Shown piece after piece: positions 12,323 through 26,780 of a DNA stretch of 64,000 nt (positions are counted from its first letter, which is position 1; each line of letters opens with the position of its first letter). Location: NCBI RefSeq assembly GCF_006345805.1, contig NC_042999.1, forward strand, positions 25,544,001-25,608,000, written 5' to 3'. Source of the stretch: Octopus sinensis (lineage: Eukaryota). The position numbers and the translations under genes were made by a program. The notes under the pieces were generated by a model. The model had not been told where the DNA came from. It worked only from the letters and a program-made list of their open reading frames with translations, and made no database searches.

Positions 12323-13149
12323 TAAATTGCGCCTATTCATTTCGACAAATTTCTAAGTGCAACTGATTAATAGTTGTAAATAAACAAAATAGAAGGATAT
12401 AGGTTATCCTGATCTCTGTAGATATTGTAGTTGTAACAGGTGATTATCCCCAACATAACTTTTGGGTGACGTAGTTGACTGGGGTCCTCGTGGAAATGCG
12501 ACTTCTAATGACCCCTCGAGACCAAGAAATAATTTTTGTCGATGTTATGGAAATCTCCTGTCTTTCTTTACTGATTGTCCCGAAAGTATTCCGGTCGAGT
12601 GGCCAATGAAGTAATTGTTGTTGCTGTTATTGTTAATCGCCGAGGTCGACTTTGCTTTTCATCCTGTCGGGGGTCAATAAATTAAGTACCTGTTGAACAC
12701 ATTTGTTTATACTCGTTCTGTGCTGTTTTTTTTTCTGTTTAGATTTTGTTCCAAGTTATCAATAGAACCACCAGGAACCTGTCGTTAGGTTTCTGTGGTT
12801 GTTTGGCCCTTCACGGGGCTTTATCCGGCCACCATATGAAACCAGTGAGCGTTTAATCATATAAAATTCAAGAAGATGGCTACACCCATCTAAAATGAGT
12901 TGAGAAGGAAAGTTGCTCCTCCCGCAGGTCTATTGACTACTCAAAATTGCTGTCCCCTCCCCTCTTTTACTGACAACAAAACCAGAGACAGGGAAGAGAA
13001 AACACAGTAGCAAGTCCACCAGCAGCAACAGTGAAGGCGGTAGTAGTTGTAGCAGCGGTAGCAGTGACAGAAGCGGCGGCAGTAGTTTCCAACAGCAACA
13101 GTAGTAGTGGCAGCAGCAGCAGCCCCGCCGCCGCCACCACTACACAGCA

Positions 13150-13345
13150 ACCATATATATAGTCAGCCACCAGAGGACATGCTCAACTGGTTAAGGTCTA
13201 GTAACCGACAAGCAAGTCTGTGGATTTTAACAGAATATCTGCTGTCGCCCATTCTTTTATACCAAGATAAACCATGTACATGATAGCACTCCCAATCAGT
13301 TAAGATGAGAAGCCATGAGAACAAGTACCAGGTACTGCATAAGGG
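13150..13345 (+). mobile_element. Interspersed repeat fragment (family F), also at 18380-18740
   Basis: Shared cagccac..gacatgctcaactggtta.ggtc.agcaactgacaagcaa.tctgtgg..tt.a.cagaatat.tgct segment. Confidence 0.65.
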
Positions 13346-13350
13346 CCTGA

Positions 13351-13920
13351 CAGAATCATTAGCACGCCGGGTGAACTGCTTAGCGGTATTTCGTCTGCCG
13401 CGACGTTCTGAGTTCAAATTCCGCCGCGGTCGACTTTACCCTTCATCCTTTCGAGGTCGAATAAATAAGTACCAGTTACGCACTGGATCGATATAATCGA
13501 CTTAATCCTTTTTTTTTTCTTTGTTTGTCCTCTCTGTGTTTAGCCCCTTATGGGTAGTAAAGAAATAGATATTTCGTCTGCCGCTACGTTCTGAGTTCAA
13601 ATTCTGCCGAGGTCGACTTTGTCTTTCATCCTTCCGGGGTCGATTAAATAAGTACCAGTTACGGACTGGGGTCGATGTAATCGACTTAATCCGTTTGTCC
13701 GTCCTTATTTGTCCCCTCTGTGTTTAGCCCTTTGTGGGTAGTAAAGAAATAGGTATTTCGCCCGTCGTTACGTTCTGTGTTCAAATTCCACCGAGGTCGA
13801 CTTTGCCTTTCATTCTTTGGGGTTCGATAAATGAAGTACCATTCAAGTACTGGGGATCGTAATCGACTATCCACCCTCCCAACAAACTCCAGGCCTTGTG
13901 CCTTTAGTAGAAAAGATTAT
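13351..13920 (+). mobile_element. SINE family A with about 3 tandem 185-bp internal units
   Basis: One head, then repeated units starting (g)tatttcgtctg/cc at about 13387, 13570 and 13753, each with GAGTTCAAATTCC and GAGGTCGACTTTGCCTTTCATCCTT. Confidence 0.9.
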
Positions 13921-14622
13921 TATCAACAGAGATGTGAATTAGCAGAATTATGTTTGTCGGAGAATAGGTTGTCATATTCAGCTACTCCTCTTTACATTCT
14001 GTAGTATTAGAGCAGACATTACTGACTACAAATATACCCGATCCACCACCAAAATTCTTTACACTCTGTGACTTTCAAAGTTCACTAATAATGCAGTAAT
14101 TATCATAGTTTATTCAGCGATTTCATTCACAGTGAATGCTTTTCACTCCGCACTTCTATAATGACTAAAATATAAGGTATTCCTCGCTGACACATGATAA
14201 CATATTACAAACAATTCAACTAGTTCCCATAATTTACCTTACTGAGCTTAGTCCATCCATTTTAGTTTATAGCAGTATTAACCTGCTTGTTTATTTATAA
14301 ATTCGTTTCAATTTCGTCACATTAATTCGGTGTTGATACAAAATTTGCCGAAAACCAAATCCCCTGATAGAGAAACATTAACAGATTTCCTAATTACTAT
14401 TATCTTTCACTTCTATTTTGAATTCTTTTCCTCCTAGGTGCAGTGTTATTCAAGCATGCTTCACCTAATAAAACACTCCAATATCTAGAACTAATTGCAT
14501 CCAGCAGAACGGTTCCTGAAGAGACCAAATGACCAAATTAGAACAGGTGTGTGCGTGTGTTTGTTTCTATGACCACATACATACATACATATACACACAA
14601 ATACATGCATATATATATACAT

Positions 14623-14676
<54 letters not shown>

Positions 14677-15334
14677 GTGTGTGTGTGTATGCATGCACAT
14701 TTATACATAAATACATATATACACACATTTATACATAAATACATATATACATATATGTGTGTGCGTGTGAGTTTGTGAGGAGAAGCGGAGGTATACAGAA
14801 AGCTCAAGTAATAGTTAAGTGAACCGACACAAGTTGAAGAGCGCGCGGATGTCTGGGTAGTCTATGTGTATGTATTTAATTCACGCTAGTGATTAATACT
14901 GCCTGTTTGACGTCATTCCACATTAGCACGTGATGGTCATTGTCGAGAATTCCCGAAGATGTTTCAAATATGGTGTATTCATGGATGCAGGGATCGAAGG
15001 TCAATACTCTGTGATGATAAGCTAGTTATACGCACTATTTCAGGCAATTCTTTGCTGCTTAACTAGTTTCTTATAATCAAAGAAACAAAATTGGACTTGC
15101 TTAAAAGTAAATGACAAGACATAATTATCCTAATCATTCAGTACCACAATACTGAGAAATACTACTTTACGATCAAATTTTTATCGTAATTATCTGAGGT
15201 CAGAATAGAATCAGGACAAATTCTAATGTCTAAGGGCATGTGTGGAGGAGATGAACTGAAAACGATATTATTACAGGAATTGATGGAATTTTTGCATAAG
15301 CACGGAAGAATTTTCGAGATATAATGAACTGCTG

Positions 15335-15400
<66 letters not shown>

Positions 15401-15800
15401 GTGGCTGTGTGCTAAGTAGCTTGCTTGCGAACCACATGGTTCCGAGTTCAGTCCAACTGCGTGGCACCTTGGCCAAGTGTCTTCTACTATAGCCGCGGGC
15501 CAACCAAAGCCTTGTGAGTGGATTTGGTAGACGGAAAAAGAAAGAGCCTGTCGTATATCGGTATATATAAATGTACGTGTGTGTATATATTTGTGTGTCT
15601 GTGTTTGTCTCCCCAACATGGTTTGACAACCGATGCTGGAGTATTTATGTCCCCGTAACTTAGCGGTTCGGCAAAAGAGACCGATAGAATAAGTCCTAGG
15701 CTTCCAAAGAATAAGTCCTGGGGTTGATTTGCTCGACTAAAGGTGGTGCTCCAGCATGGCCGCAGTCAAAAGACTGAAACAAGTAAAAGAGTAAAATAAT
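15401..15800 (+). mobile_element. SINE family B, flanked by (CTA)n tracts
   Basis: Same body as the other B copies; (CTA)n at 15328-15400 and 15808-15857. Confidence 0.9.
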
Positions 15801-15823
15801 AAAAGAATACTACTACTACTACT

Positions 15824-15856
<33 letters not shown>

Positions 15857-15977
15857 TGTATGGCCGCTGCTATATCTTACATACCTAAAATGCGACCAAG
15901 TTGCCGCGTGTCACTTAATACAATAAAACAATGCATGGAAGAAGGTAGTACCCTTTTGGTCAGTCAGTTCGTTGTGA

Positions 15978-16360
15978 GAAGCACTCCGTCGGTTACGACG
16001 ACGAGGGTTCCGGTTGATCCGAATCAACGGAACAGCCTGCTCGTGAAATTAACGTGTAAGTGGCTGAGCACTCCACAGACACGTGTACCCTTAACATAGT
16101 TCTCGGGGATATTCAGCGTGACACAGAGAGTGACAAGGCCGGCCCTTTGAAATACAGGCACAACAGAAACAGGAAGTAAGAGTGAGAGAAATTTGTGGTG
16201 AAAGAGTACAGCAGGGATCACCACCATCCCCTGCCGGAGTCTCGTGGAGCTTTTAGGTGTTTTCGCTCAATAAACACTCACAACGCCCGGTCTGGGAATC
16301 GAAACAACGATCCTATGACCGCGAGTCTGCTGCCCTAACCACTGGGCCATTGCGCCTCCA
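15978..16360 (-). mobile_element. tRNA-derived SINE family C
   Basis: Head TGGAGGCGCAATGGCCCAGTGGTTAGGGCAGC...GTTTCGATTCCC (A/B boxes); near-identical to 30037-30420; possible TSD TTCGTTGT at 15968-15975 and 16365-16372. Confidence 0.9.
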
Positions 16361-16969
16361 CCAATTCGTTGTAAAGCATATCTGTGGATTCCTACGCATT
16401 ACAATGACCTTTAAACAGCAGTTTAAAAAATATGGACCTCCTCAAACGTAGATGACCTTAACTATAGCCGTCGTATTTAAATTAACAGCAACAACAGTAA
16501 CAAACTAAGTATATTTTACCACAATTTCTCTCATGTATTGACTGTTGAAAGTTGGGAACACAGAGAAAATATATCTGTAACACACAAAGAGTATGTAGAT
16601 AAGGCGGAAATCTGATGGCGTTGTTAGGAAGCCGCAGAAAGTCTACCTTATTGCAGTTCTGAATATATCCTGAATTTAAATTCTGCTGACCTGAACTTTC
16701 ATTCTTCTGAGATAGGTAAAATAAAGTAAAGATCCATAGGAATGGATTGGCATCATTGTTAGGGCGTTGTACAAAATTCTCATGGTATTTCTTATGTTAC
16801 TTTCGTTTCTGATTGCTCAGTTAGATGTTGGGAATATGTCTGTCACTAGACAAGGTGGTATTTTGAAAAAAAGTCAATGATAGGAAGGCATGAAAATAAG
16901 AAGTGAAAGGTGCTTGTTATAGAAACACACAGGAATCATTAGAAAAATGATACCTGGGGTGCAGAAGAG

Positions 16970-17210
16970 TGTGTGTGTGTGTGTGTGCATGTGTGTGTTT
17001 GGGTGTGTATGCGTGTGTGTGTGTTTATGTGTGTATGTCTGTGTGTAAGTGAATATTCTTCAGTGTACTTGCGCAAACATGTCTGTAAGATCTTATGCAT
17101 GTTTGTATGTATATCTGAAGTGCAGATATGTGTGCGTTAGTGTGTGCATGTGTGTGAGTGTGTTTGTTTGTGTGCCTGTGTGCGTGTTTGTGTGTGTGTG
17201 TTTGTGAGAG

Positions 17211-17247
<37 letters not shown>

Positions 17248-17250
17248 GTG
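16970..17250. repeat. (TG)n/(AG)n compound microsatellite
   Basis: Direct reading. Confidence 0.85.
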
Positions 17251-17922
17251 TGTGTGAATATTCCTTTGTGCTCTTGTAAAAGCATGTGTGTAAGATTTTA
17301 CGCATGTTTGGGTGTGTCTGTATGTTTCCTGAACGCAACACAAATGTGACAAGACAGAATCATATACATGACTGATCTTCCACTCGGCAGGCCCTGTTGT
17401 ATCTCCCTTGTTGCTTAAGCTCTTCACTTTAGTTTAGTCATTAAATCTAAGACCACGCTAATGGACAGGAATATAATTGAATTTTATAATTTCAATCCTT
17501 CCAGACTGGAAAATACATTCAGTCTCTCAACAGGTAATTTTACGGTGCTCATATTTCTATCCCAATTATAAACGGGTGCTTTGTGCCAATTGGCAAGTTG
17601 GAATATTAGATTTATTGAAACAGATGCCAGGAAATTTGGCGTGCTAAGTTCTTCAATGTAATAATTGCACAATTCAGCATTTTAGATTGGCGAAATGTTA
17701 ATATCCCAGTTGTAAATTAGCCGTCCCCCCCACTCTCTCTTATTGTTCCATATTCTACCTCTTTACAATTTTAATAGCAGGACGTCCTAAGTTATTTTTA
17801 TTTCTCCGTTTTATATCACAAATGAAATTCAATAAATGATAACTCTCTCTTATCCCAACACATATATGTATGCGTGTATATTGTGTTACATATAAGTCTA
17901 TAAGCACAAGGCGATCTCATCT

Positions 17923-18152
17923 TACATATGTAGAAGGAAGATGTATAGGCCTTTGATGGAACACTTTATTTACATGTTTATGTTCCTTCTCGAGCCATGC
18001 CTGGCTCATAAGGTTTCTTGGCGTATAGGTTCCCCACCTGGACGGGACGCCGGTCCATCGCAGGTGAGCTACAAGATGCAGGAGGAAAGAGTGAGAGAAA
18101 GTTGTGGCGAAAGAGTCAGCAGAATTTTCGCCATTACCTTCTGCCGGAGCCT
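17923..18152 (-). mobile_element. 5'-truncated SINE family D copy carrying 57 bp of the 3' flank of the 22862 copy
   Basis: 17980-18152 is the family D 3' half; 17923-17979 matches the reverse complement of 23169-23225. Confidence 0.85.
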
Positions 18153-18275
18153 ATAAATCAGTAGAACACAGTTATCATCTGGCTAATGCTGGTTTTATGT
18201 AAATAAAGCATATATAGGGTATGTGGCCTTCATACTTAAAACTAATGCAAGCCTTTATATGAATGCGCATTGTAA

Positions 18276-18361
<86 letters not shown>

Positions 18362-18379
18362 CCTTTTATCTTTTAACTG

Positions 18380-18740
18380 TCATCGGCACATGCATCACAA
18401 CCATATGTGCGCGACATGGTGATGTCATATCAAAATAAAGAGCACTTGACCTTGCAGGTGGAACTCAGTTAGAATTTTCTTGGTCGAGTAACACATCCTG
18501 GTTCAAAACGTCTCTGAATAAGGGTTGTTTAAGGATGTTGAACGAAATATCCATGTTTCTAGATGTGAATTATTCAAACCTCAAAGAATCCCTCTCAACA
18601 CATGGCTATGATGCTCCTCCACTACTTCTGCTCGTGATCAGAGATGCACATATCGTCAGCCACTAAGGGACATGCTCAACTGGTTACAGTCAAGCAACTG
18701 ACAAGCAAATCTGTGGTATTGAGCAGAATATTTGCTATTA
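18380..18740 (+). mobile_element. Interspersed repeat fragment (family F), between (TCTA)n and (TAG)n
   Basis: Homology to 13150-13345; microsatellites at 18278-18361 and 18748-18920. Confidence 0.6.
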
Positions 18741-18837
18741 TTACGTGTCGTAGTATTAGTAGTAGTATTAATAGCAGTAGTAGTATTAATAGTAGTAGTA
18801 GTAGTAGTATTAATAGTAGTAGTAGTAGTAGTATTAA

Positions 18838-18906
<69 letters not shown>

Positions 18907-20089
18907 CAGTATAGCAGTAGTAAAAGAAGAAGAAGGCCCATTTTTACGTATATCTTTTGTGTGTCAAAAATATAAATCATAAAAAATGTTAGGAAATGAT
19001 TTAGCTTTCTAGAAACGGGAGCTGAAAGAAAATAGCAATATTTCAAGGGATTCTGTCATTGTCGCTAGTTGATTCATATTTTGATAAAGAAGATTTATAC
19101 ATAAATCTTTTAGTAAATTTTTCCTATCTGGTTAAGGAACACATACAAAAAGAAAAATACCACGGATACAGTGTGTGTGCCAAACTATCGTTGTAATGTG
19201 TATGCGTGCCTGTATATGTGTGTGCATGTGTGCGTGTGTATGTTCTTGTACCTTTTCTGCTGGTATATTTGGAATCTTTGTTTTGTAATTTTTATATGGG
19301 TTTATATGTATGTGAGTATGGGGATAGCTGTGTGTATGTGAGTATGGGGATAGCTGTGTGTGTGTATGTGTGTGTGTGTGTGTGTGTGTGTACGCTTCAT
19401 GAATATATTTGTGCTTAGTATGTATCATAACCTCTCGGAAAAAGACGTTAAAATATTGTGAATAATCAATGGCTTTTTAACGCTGATGGTATCTAGCATC
19501 GCTATTTTAGAAACCTACTGTCATACAAAGAAGACATCTTATAAATGAAACACATTTCTTATGAAATGTTCGTTTGTTGCATTCTGGTAAGTTATATATC
19601 AAAAGAAAACAACAGCAGAAAACAAACAATATAGAATAAATAACTGCAGCTGTTACCAAAAACCTACTTCGACTTAACCACAGGAAACGAATGGAAGACA
19701 CTTCCTTAGACTCCTCAGTGTAATAGACATAGCAGCCAACTTTCCTTATTCATATAGCGTCATGGAAAAAGACGCGTTAAGTTAATATAATCCCAGGGGT
19801 TCTGCATACAAGAAAATAAAAACGGAATAATCACAGAATACTTTTGATCCATTGGTTTTCTCGAGACGACAGTTGTACGACAAACTATGTGAAACTATCC
19901 TCATATACAGAATCTGCTACAGACTTACATAACAATCTTAAAGATGCACTAATTCAATTGAATAGATAAGGTATGCGTACTGTATGTTGCTTTTTATTCT
20001 ATCGGTTTCAATATTCAGTATAGAGTAAAGTATAATGTGACACGTTGACGTATTTCTTGATAGTGAAAATTTCAGACACGACATACGGA

Positions 20090-20186
20090 CACACACACAC
20101 AGACATACACACACAAGCGCGCACACACACACAAGCGCGCGCACACACACACAAGCGCGCGCACACACACACAAGCGCGCGCACAC
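20090..20186. repeat. (CACACACACAAGCGCGCG)n minisatellite
   Basis: About 4 copies of an alternating purine-pyrimidine unit. Confidence 0.8.
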
Positions 20187-20483
20187 CTGCTATATCTGCT
20201 TATATATATTTTTATATATGTATGTGAATGCATATTAGGAAACAAAGCTGAAAAATTGAGAAATGTTACAAAGTAATCAATTCATCATATATATATATAG
20301 TTTTTTTCCTCGATTTTTATAATTTTACATTTTATAGTGAACTCATTTATTTGTTTTGTTTATTTTTGTTCATCCCTCGCATATGACCGTTAAATGAAAG
20401 GACCAATCAAACAAATCCATTTTTAAAGGTGTAACGTTTATGCTACTCTTGATAAAATTGTCATCTCGGTTCTATTTTAACAA

Positions 20484-20565
20484 AACTGTCCGACGAACGG
20501 GAACGTGAAACTCCGAGTAACAGCTTTTGTTAAATTTCTGCTGCTTTTAAATAAAGTGTATATAT
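20484..20565. mobile_element. Solo terminal arm of the foldback MITE family seen at 35207
   Basis: aactgtccgacgaacgggaacgtgaaactccgagtaacagc...ctgcttttaaataaagtgtata matches the 35314-35412 arm. Confidence 0.6.
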
Positions 20566-21049
20566 ATATATATACTTGATTAATATATATATATATCATG
20601 AACGATGAACGTTTAATCAACTTATTTCATGGAAGAGTAGTGATAAAATAAGGCCCAGTGCCATATAAATTAAACTTGGCCGTCTTGTATGAATCATGCA
20701 CAAACTTATCAACTTCTCTAAAATAAACTTGCAAAACGTTATATAGATAGTTCTTAAAAACATTGTAACAACAGAATAAACTTGTAAAACTGGTATTACT
20801 TCCTTATAAACTTTAAAAAATGCACTTTAATTAAAAAATGGCGATTTGATGTATTTTCCTTGGGACAATATCTTGCGTAATAGATTTAATATTACTTTCT
20901 TAAATGCTGCCATTTGGTACTTGTGGCCTTTAGTAGAGTCCACTTTCTGGTAAGCATTGGGGTAAAACTTTCAGTTTGAAGATACTTTTCTACTTTCTAC
21001 ATGTTCAGGAGGCTCTAAGAAGCATCATATATTCTTTCATTGCTACTAA

Positions 21050-21672
21050 GACATACAAAGCGAACTGATTACTTGCTCAGTGAACGATGCAAGAAGAAAT
21101 GGCCGTCCAACCACATCGCGATCAGAAAGAGAACGTGGCAACAGTGCAGGGTATGTTTAATTGCAGCCCGCAAAAATCAACGCGTCAAGCAGCTCGTGAA
21201 AGTGGACTAATAAGAAACACAATACGTACGGTATTGCATAAAGTATTGAATTTTTGTCTGTGGAAACCCCATTACGTGCAGGAGTTAAAACCAGAAGACT
21301 GTGACCACAGAATGGAATATGGAGAGTTAATGCTAGGCTGATATGAAGATTGGCCTGAATTGTTTGAAAACATCGTCTAGTGTGATGGGGCTGGGATTTT
21401 ATAATACCGATAGCACACTCGAGGACTTGGAGACACGGATTCAAGAGATTCTCAATGCTATCCCAGAAAACGTCCTTCTGAAGGTTATTCGTTCTTTCCC
21501 TCACCGTTTGAGGAAACTGGTTGATGCCACCGGTACTTACGTCGAAATAAGAAGATTCACTTTCATTTTACCATATAATAAAGAACGAGTATTATTTGTT
21601 TCAATAAATTTGTAGAAACAATATAGATTGTATTACCAATTTTTAATACCTACTTACTTTTCACCCACCCTG

Positions 21673-21674
<2 letters not shown>
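21050..21674 (+). mobile_element. Internally deleted Tc1/mariner-superfamily transposon relic
   Basis: GRPTTSRSE-like start, then SPQKSTRQAARESGL..TIRTVLHKVLNFCLWKPHYVQELKPEDCDHRMEY...FENIV*CD, fused to the C-terminal TLEDLETRIQEILNAIPENVLLKVIRSFPHRLRKLVDATGTYVEI; 3' end ...CACCCTGTA followed by TA. Confidence 0.85.
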
Positions 21675-21748
<74 letters not shown>

Positions 21749-21992
21749 ATATATGTATGTATGTATGTGTGTGTGTGTGTGTATACACATGTATGTATAT
21801 ACATACATATATAGGTACACGTACATATTTGTATGTACAATTATGTATGCGAAAATATGCGTACACAGAAATATATTTATGTATGAATGTATAAACACAC
21901 ACACACACGTATAAACACACATACATATATATGTAGATATATATATATGCATATATATGCATGTGTGTTTTTACGTGTGTGTGTGCGTTTAT

Positions 21993-22048
<56 letters not shown>

Positions 22049-22050
22049 CT
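21675..22050. repeat. (TA)n/(TG)n/(CA)n compound microsatellite
   Basis: Direct reading. Confidence 0.9.
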
Positions 22051-22861
22051 ATAAATGCAGTACATATACATACATAGAAGGAGCTAACACGGAGCATCCC
22101 ATTTAGTGTTCGGTTTGAAGTGTTGAAACGACGTCAGCTTTACGATTTATCTTTTGCTAGCTTCAAATTATAAAGTAAAACATGACAACTTTGCAATTAA
22201 AGGGTTAATTGCAATGAATGACTCGAAAGGAAATAAAAAAAACATGCTTGAGAACAAAGTCAAAAAGCAAACAAATGCAAAATATATAATATGAAAAGAA
22301 AATAGTGATTCGGTTCGTGGATAAAATATTGAAGTGAAAATGCTTTAGCGGTTTCTGTTTTCTTGTTTTTAGTCATAGCATCCTGTTTTCGTGTTCATCG
22401 TATCTTTCAGCAGACAGCATCTGTCCTGACGTATGATTAACGAGTTTTGTTCTGTATGTATGTAGCGAATAGTTACACGCTGACAGCGTATAGATCACGA
22501 TTTATTCACGGCTGTGCTTTGAACGCTTGGGAACCGACTGGTCTTTTCAATGTTTTTGTGTATTTTTGAAGTCTTTTTGGACTGAATCAACCTGGTATCT
22601 ATCTGATTATCTGCAATACCGAGCGCCGCCAACATCATATGATTTCATTTGAGTCGGTTAATGAGGTTTAGTGTAATATAAATCATAGATATTCACACAA
22701 TTTTCACGTTCAGACATTCCTTGATTTCATATTTCATGATAATGAAGTTTACTAAAATGTATTCTCGTATTTCCAATTTTTTAAAGATCGACGAGATATT
22801 AATTCTTGCATTTGTTATTGTTGTTAACACCAACAAGGGTTCAGGAGGAGCAAACATGTAA

Positions 22862-23168
22862 ATGGAGGCACATGGCCTAGTGGTTAGAGCAGCGGACTCA
22901 CGGTCGAGGGATCGCGGGTTCGAATCTCAGACCGGACAATGTGTGTGTTTATGAGCGAAACACCTAAGCTCCACGCGGCTCCGGCAGAAGGTAATGGCGA
23001 AACTTCTGCTGATTCTTTCGCCACAACTTTCTCTCGTTCTTTCCTCCAGCATCTTGCAGCTTACCTGCGACGGACCGGCGTCCCGTCCAGGTGGGGAACC
23101 TATACGCCAAGAAACCGGGAAACCGGCCCTTATGAACCAGGCATGGCTCGAGAAGGAACAAACAACGA
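22862..23168 (+). mobile_element. tRNA-derived SINE family D, full length with 12-bp TSD
   Basis: Head TGGCCTAGTGGTTAGAGCAGCGGACTC...GGGTTCGAATCTC; TSD AAACATGTAAAT at 22852-22863 and 23169-23180. Confidence 0.92.
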
Positions 23169-24479
23169 AAACATGTAAATAAAGTGTTCCATCAAAGGCC
23201 AATACATCTTCTTTCTACATATGTATATTATCCAAAGTATTGCAACATGTGTGGGTTACTCTATTTCAAAATTTCAGCTCTCATAATTCATTTAATGCAT
23301 CTGTTCTTTCTACTTCATTTGCGTCACTATAAGCCCAATCTTGTTATTGTTTCATGCAATAACAATGGGGTCACTTTAATTGTCACTTGAATTTCGTGAA
23401 ACACTATACTTTAATATTTTCCGTTATTTCTTGCATTTCGTATCTTCGTAGGAGTCATACGTTTAGCCAGTAGGCAGAACCACCAGATGTTCAGGAGAGC
23501 TCTCTAAATAAATACGGCAAATCAGGCAGGCCGTATTGTGTGGGAGAAAATCATGATTTCGTGATCTGCAGATGAAATTCGCTTGAATAGATCTGTTTCC
23601 GTTCCGTTAAAGTTTGGCTTATTGTATGTCTTTTTTACGTTATTAGAAAAGACAAAATTCTTTCTGGAAATAATGAAAACCAAAAGAAAATTGTCGACTT
23701 CGCAAATCAGAGATATCGTTGAATTTTGTTTGCACCATAGTGAAATTGTCTTTGAAACTGCACTAAATTGGAGAATTAATTTTCTTGTTATATAGAACCA
23801 CTTATCGTACAATTGTCGTCAGAATCGTCTCCCCATACAACTGCTATCGTGTTGAATATGACATATATTTTTAAACGTTGACTCTCTGATGGATGACGAA
23901 ATTCACTCAGAACATTAATGGTAGAGAAATGCAACAAAATATTTAAAGCGAATTCCTTGCAGGGAATAGTGAAACGCCTCTCGGCTACAGCGGTGAGAAA
24001 ATTGTTACCAGCTCTCCCATAACTCCCTGAAACGTATAAAAACAAAACATCCTTAAACTCAAATTAAATTAAACCGAGAAAATCATAATTATCTTGTGAC
24101 AGAACAGATAGAGGAATGCCAGTTGGTTCAACACGCTATATCGTATGAAGAAAGAAGCCATAAATTTATTTACCAATAAATGATACAGGTAGAAAGTCTA
24201 ATCTTTGATGAGGCTAATGCTTCGATAGAGTCAAATGACAAATACGTACTTAGAAAACCATGCAAAATGACTAATACCGCGACTCACCTTCGTCGAATAA
24301 GCAAAATTCTACTTGTAGTCACCTGAAGGTAAACAGATTTTATAACTCATGGAAAATCCTTTTCGTACACCACAAAGGTAACTCATAATATCGATGACGA
24401 CGAGAATGAATATATCTATACGTATTATGCATAAATAGGGTATTTATGTGTACATACAATCATTAATACATACATATAT

Positions 24480-25270
<791 letters not shown>

Positions 25271-25784
25271 CACACACACGCACATACGCCCTAATAAGCA
25301 TGCACATACAAGTGATGCCCAAGCACTCAACCCTAAGTGCAGTGTATGCTATGGCAAAAGGAAAAGCTCCAGTAAGCTATTTAATTTGTGACGTTATTCC
25401 CTTCTCATTTTATATATCTTATATATTATGCTATTCCCTTGTCCTTTTATATATTTTCATATTACGCTCTTTAATCAACTAGCACTTCAATCTGAAACGT
25501 ATGTATACTGAGTTTTAACATGAGGTTATTAGTATTGCTATGTTTGAGCGAAATCTTAAAACACACACACACCCAGACACAGACATATTTAGTCACACAC
25601 ACAACCGCGCACGCGTGCGCACACACATGTATATACATGCGCATACGCAAGCATGTACTATAGATGTGTGTATATAACAGAAACTCACACCAACTTATGC
25701 CCAAACGTTTACGAATGAATGAATGGATGCGCACATGAGTGCGTGAGCATGTGGGTTTGCGTTAGTATGTTCGCGTATATGTGT

Positions 25785-25907
25785 CTATATGCGTCCAGCT
25801 GGGTTAAAAACATACGCCATAGAAACCGGGAAACCGGGCCCATGAGACTGGCTAGGCTTGAAAAGGGCGCATAAATAATGATAATAATAATAATAATAAT
25901 AATAATG

Positions 25908-25977
<70 letters not shown>
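25785..25977 (+). mobile_element. Solo SINE tail (D' variant) followed by (TAA)n
   Basis: catacgccatagaaaccgggaaaccgggcccatgagactggctaggcttgaaaagggcgc, the same tail as at 52243 and 59076. Confidence 0.8.
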
Positions 25978-25980
<3 letters not shown>

Positions 25981-26399
25981 TGTGTGTAACTGTGTATGTG
26001 CTTGTTTGCAGAATTTGTGTAACAAGACTACTAATAAATATATAGATGTAAATAGTCACACACACGCGCGCGCGCGCGCGCACACACACACACACACGCA
26101 TGTACAAAGACATGTGCACGCACGCACACACACTGACACAAATGTATGCATACAGCAGAAACTAATATCTATGCCTATACTGTTGCACATATTTTTCAAT
26201 TTTAGTTGTACTATGAACACCACACACACACACACACATAGAAGGATGTGGGTGATGAGGATAGTGAGAAAGTGGAAGAGAATAATGAGGATTGGAAATC
26301 CACGTGACCAAGGGATGTAGACGTAGAGGAAAAAGAGAGATAAGAAGGAAGAGAGTGAGATCCGATATTCCACCAATCGATCTTCATTCACTCTGGTAC

Positions 26400-26566
26400 G
26401 TGTATGTGTGTGTATATATATATATATATATATGCATATATATATATATATATATACATATATACATATATAATATATACATTATACACACAAGCACACA
26501 CACACAAACACACACATACATATATATATATATACATTATACACACAAGCACACCACACAGTATAT

Positions 26567-26611
<45 letters not shown>

Positions 26612-26780
26612 TTGTATATATATATATATATACATTATACACACAAGCACACACACACACACAATATATATATATGTATTTGGATATATATTATATATAT
26701 ATATATATACATGCGCACACACATACATATATACATGGGTATGTATGAATGTATATGCGTTTGTGTGTATGCGCATGCGC
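26400..26780. repeat. (TA)n/(CA)n array with three copies of ATACATTATACACACAAGCAC
   Basis: Unit recurs at about 26477, 26532 and 26631. Confidence 0.8.

Noticed and set aside
13387-13920. Tandem units as a CRISPR-like array, and SINE heads as tRNA genes
   Set aside because: The units are whole repeats without unique spacers; the heads have A/B boxes but no complete cloverleaf and continue into SINE bodies.
19511-19592. Possible exon (TTTTAG|...MKHISYEMFVCCIL|GTAAGT)
   Set aside because: Plausible splice signals only; no partner exons or homology, so it cannot be supported without RNA-seq.
23450-24300. Unique-looking region with short ORFs (possible recombinase or transposase relic)
   Set aside because: No diagnostic motif; frames interrupted.
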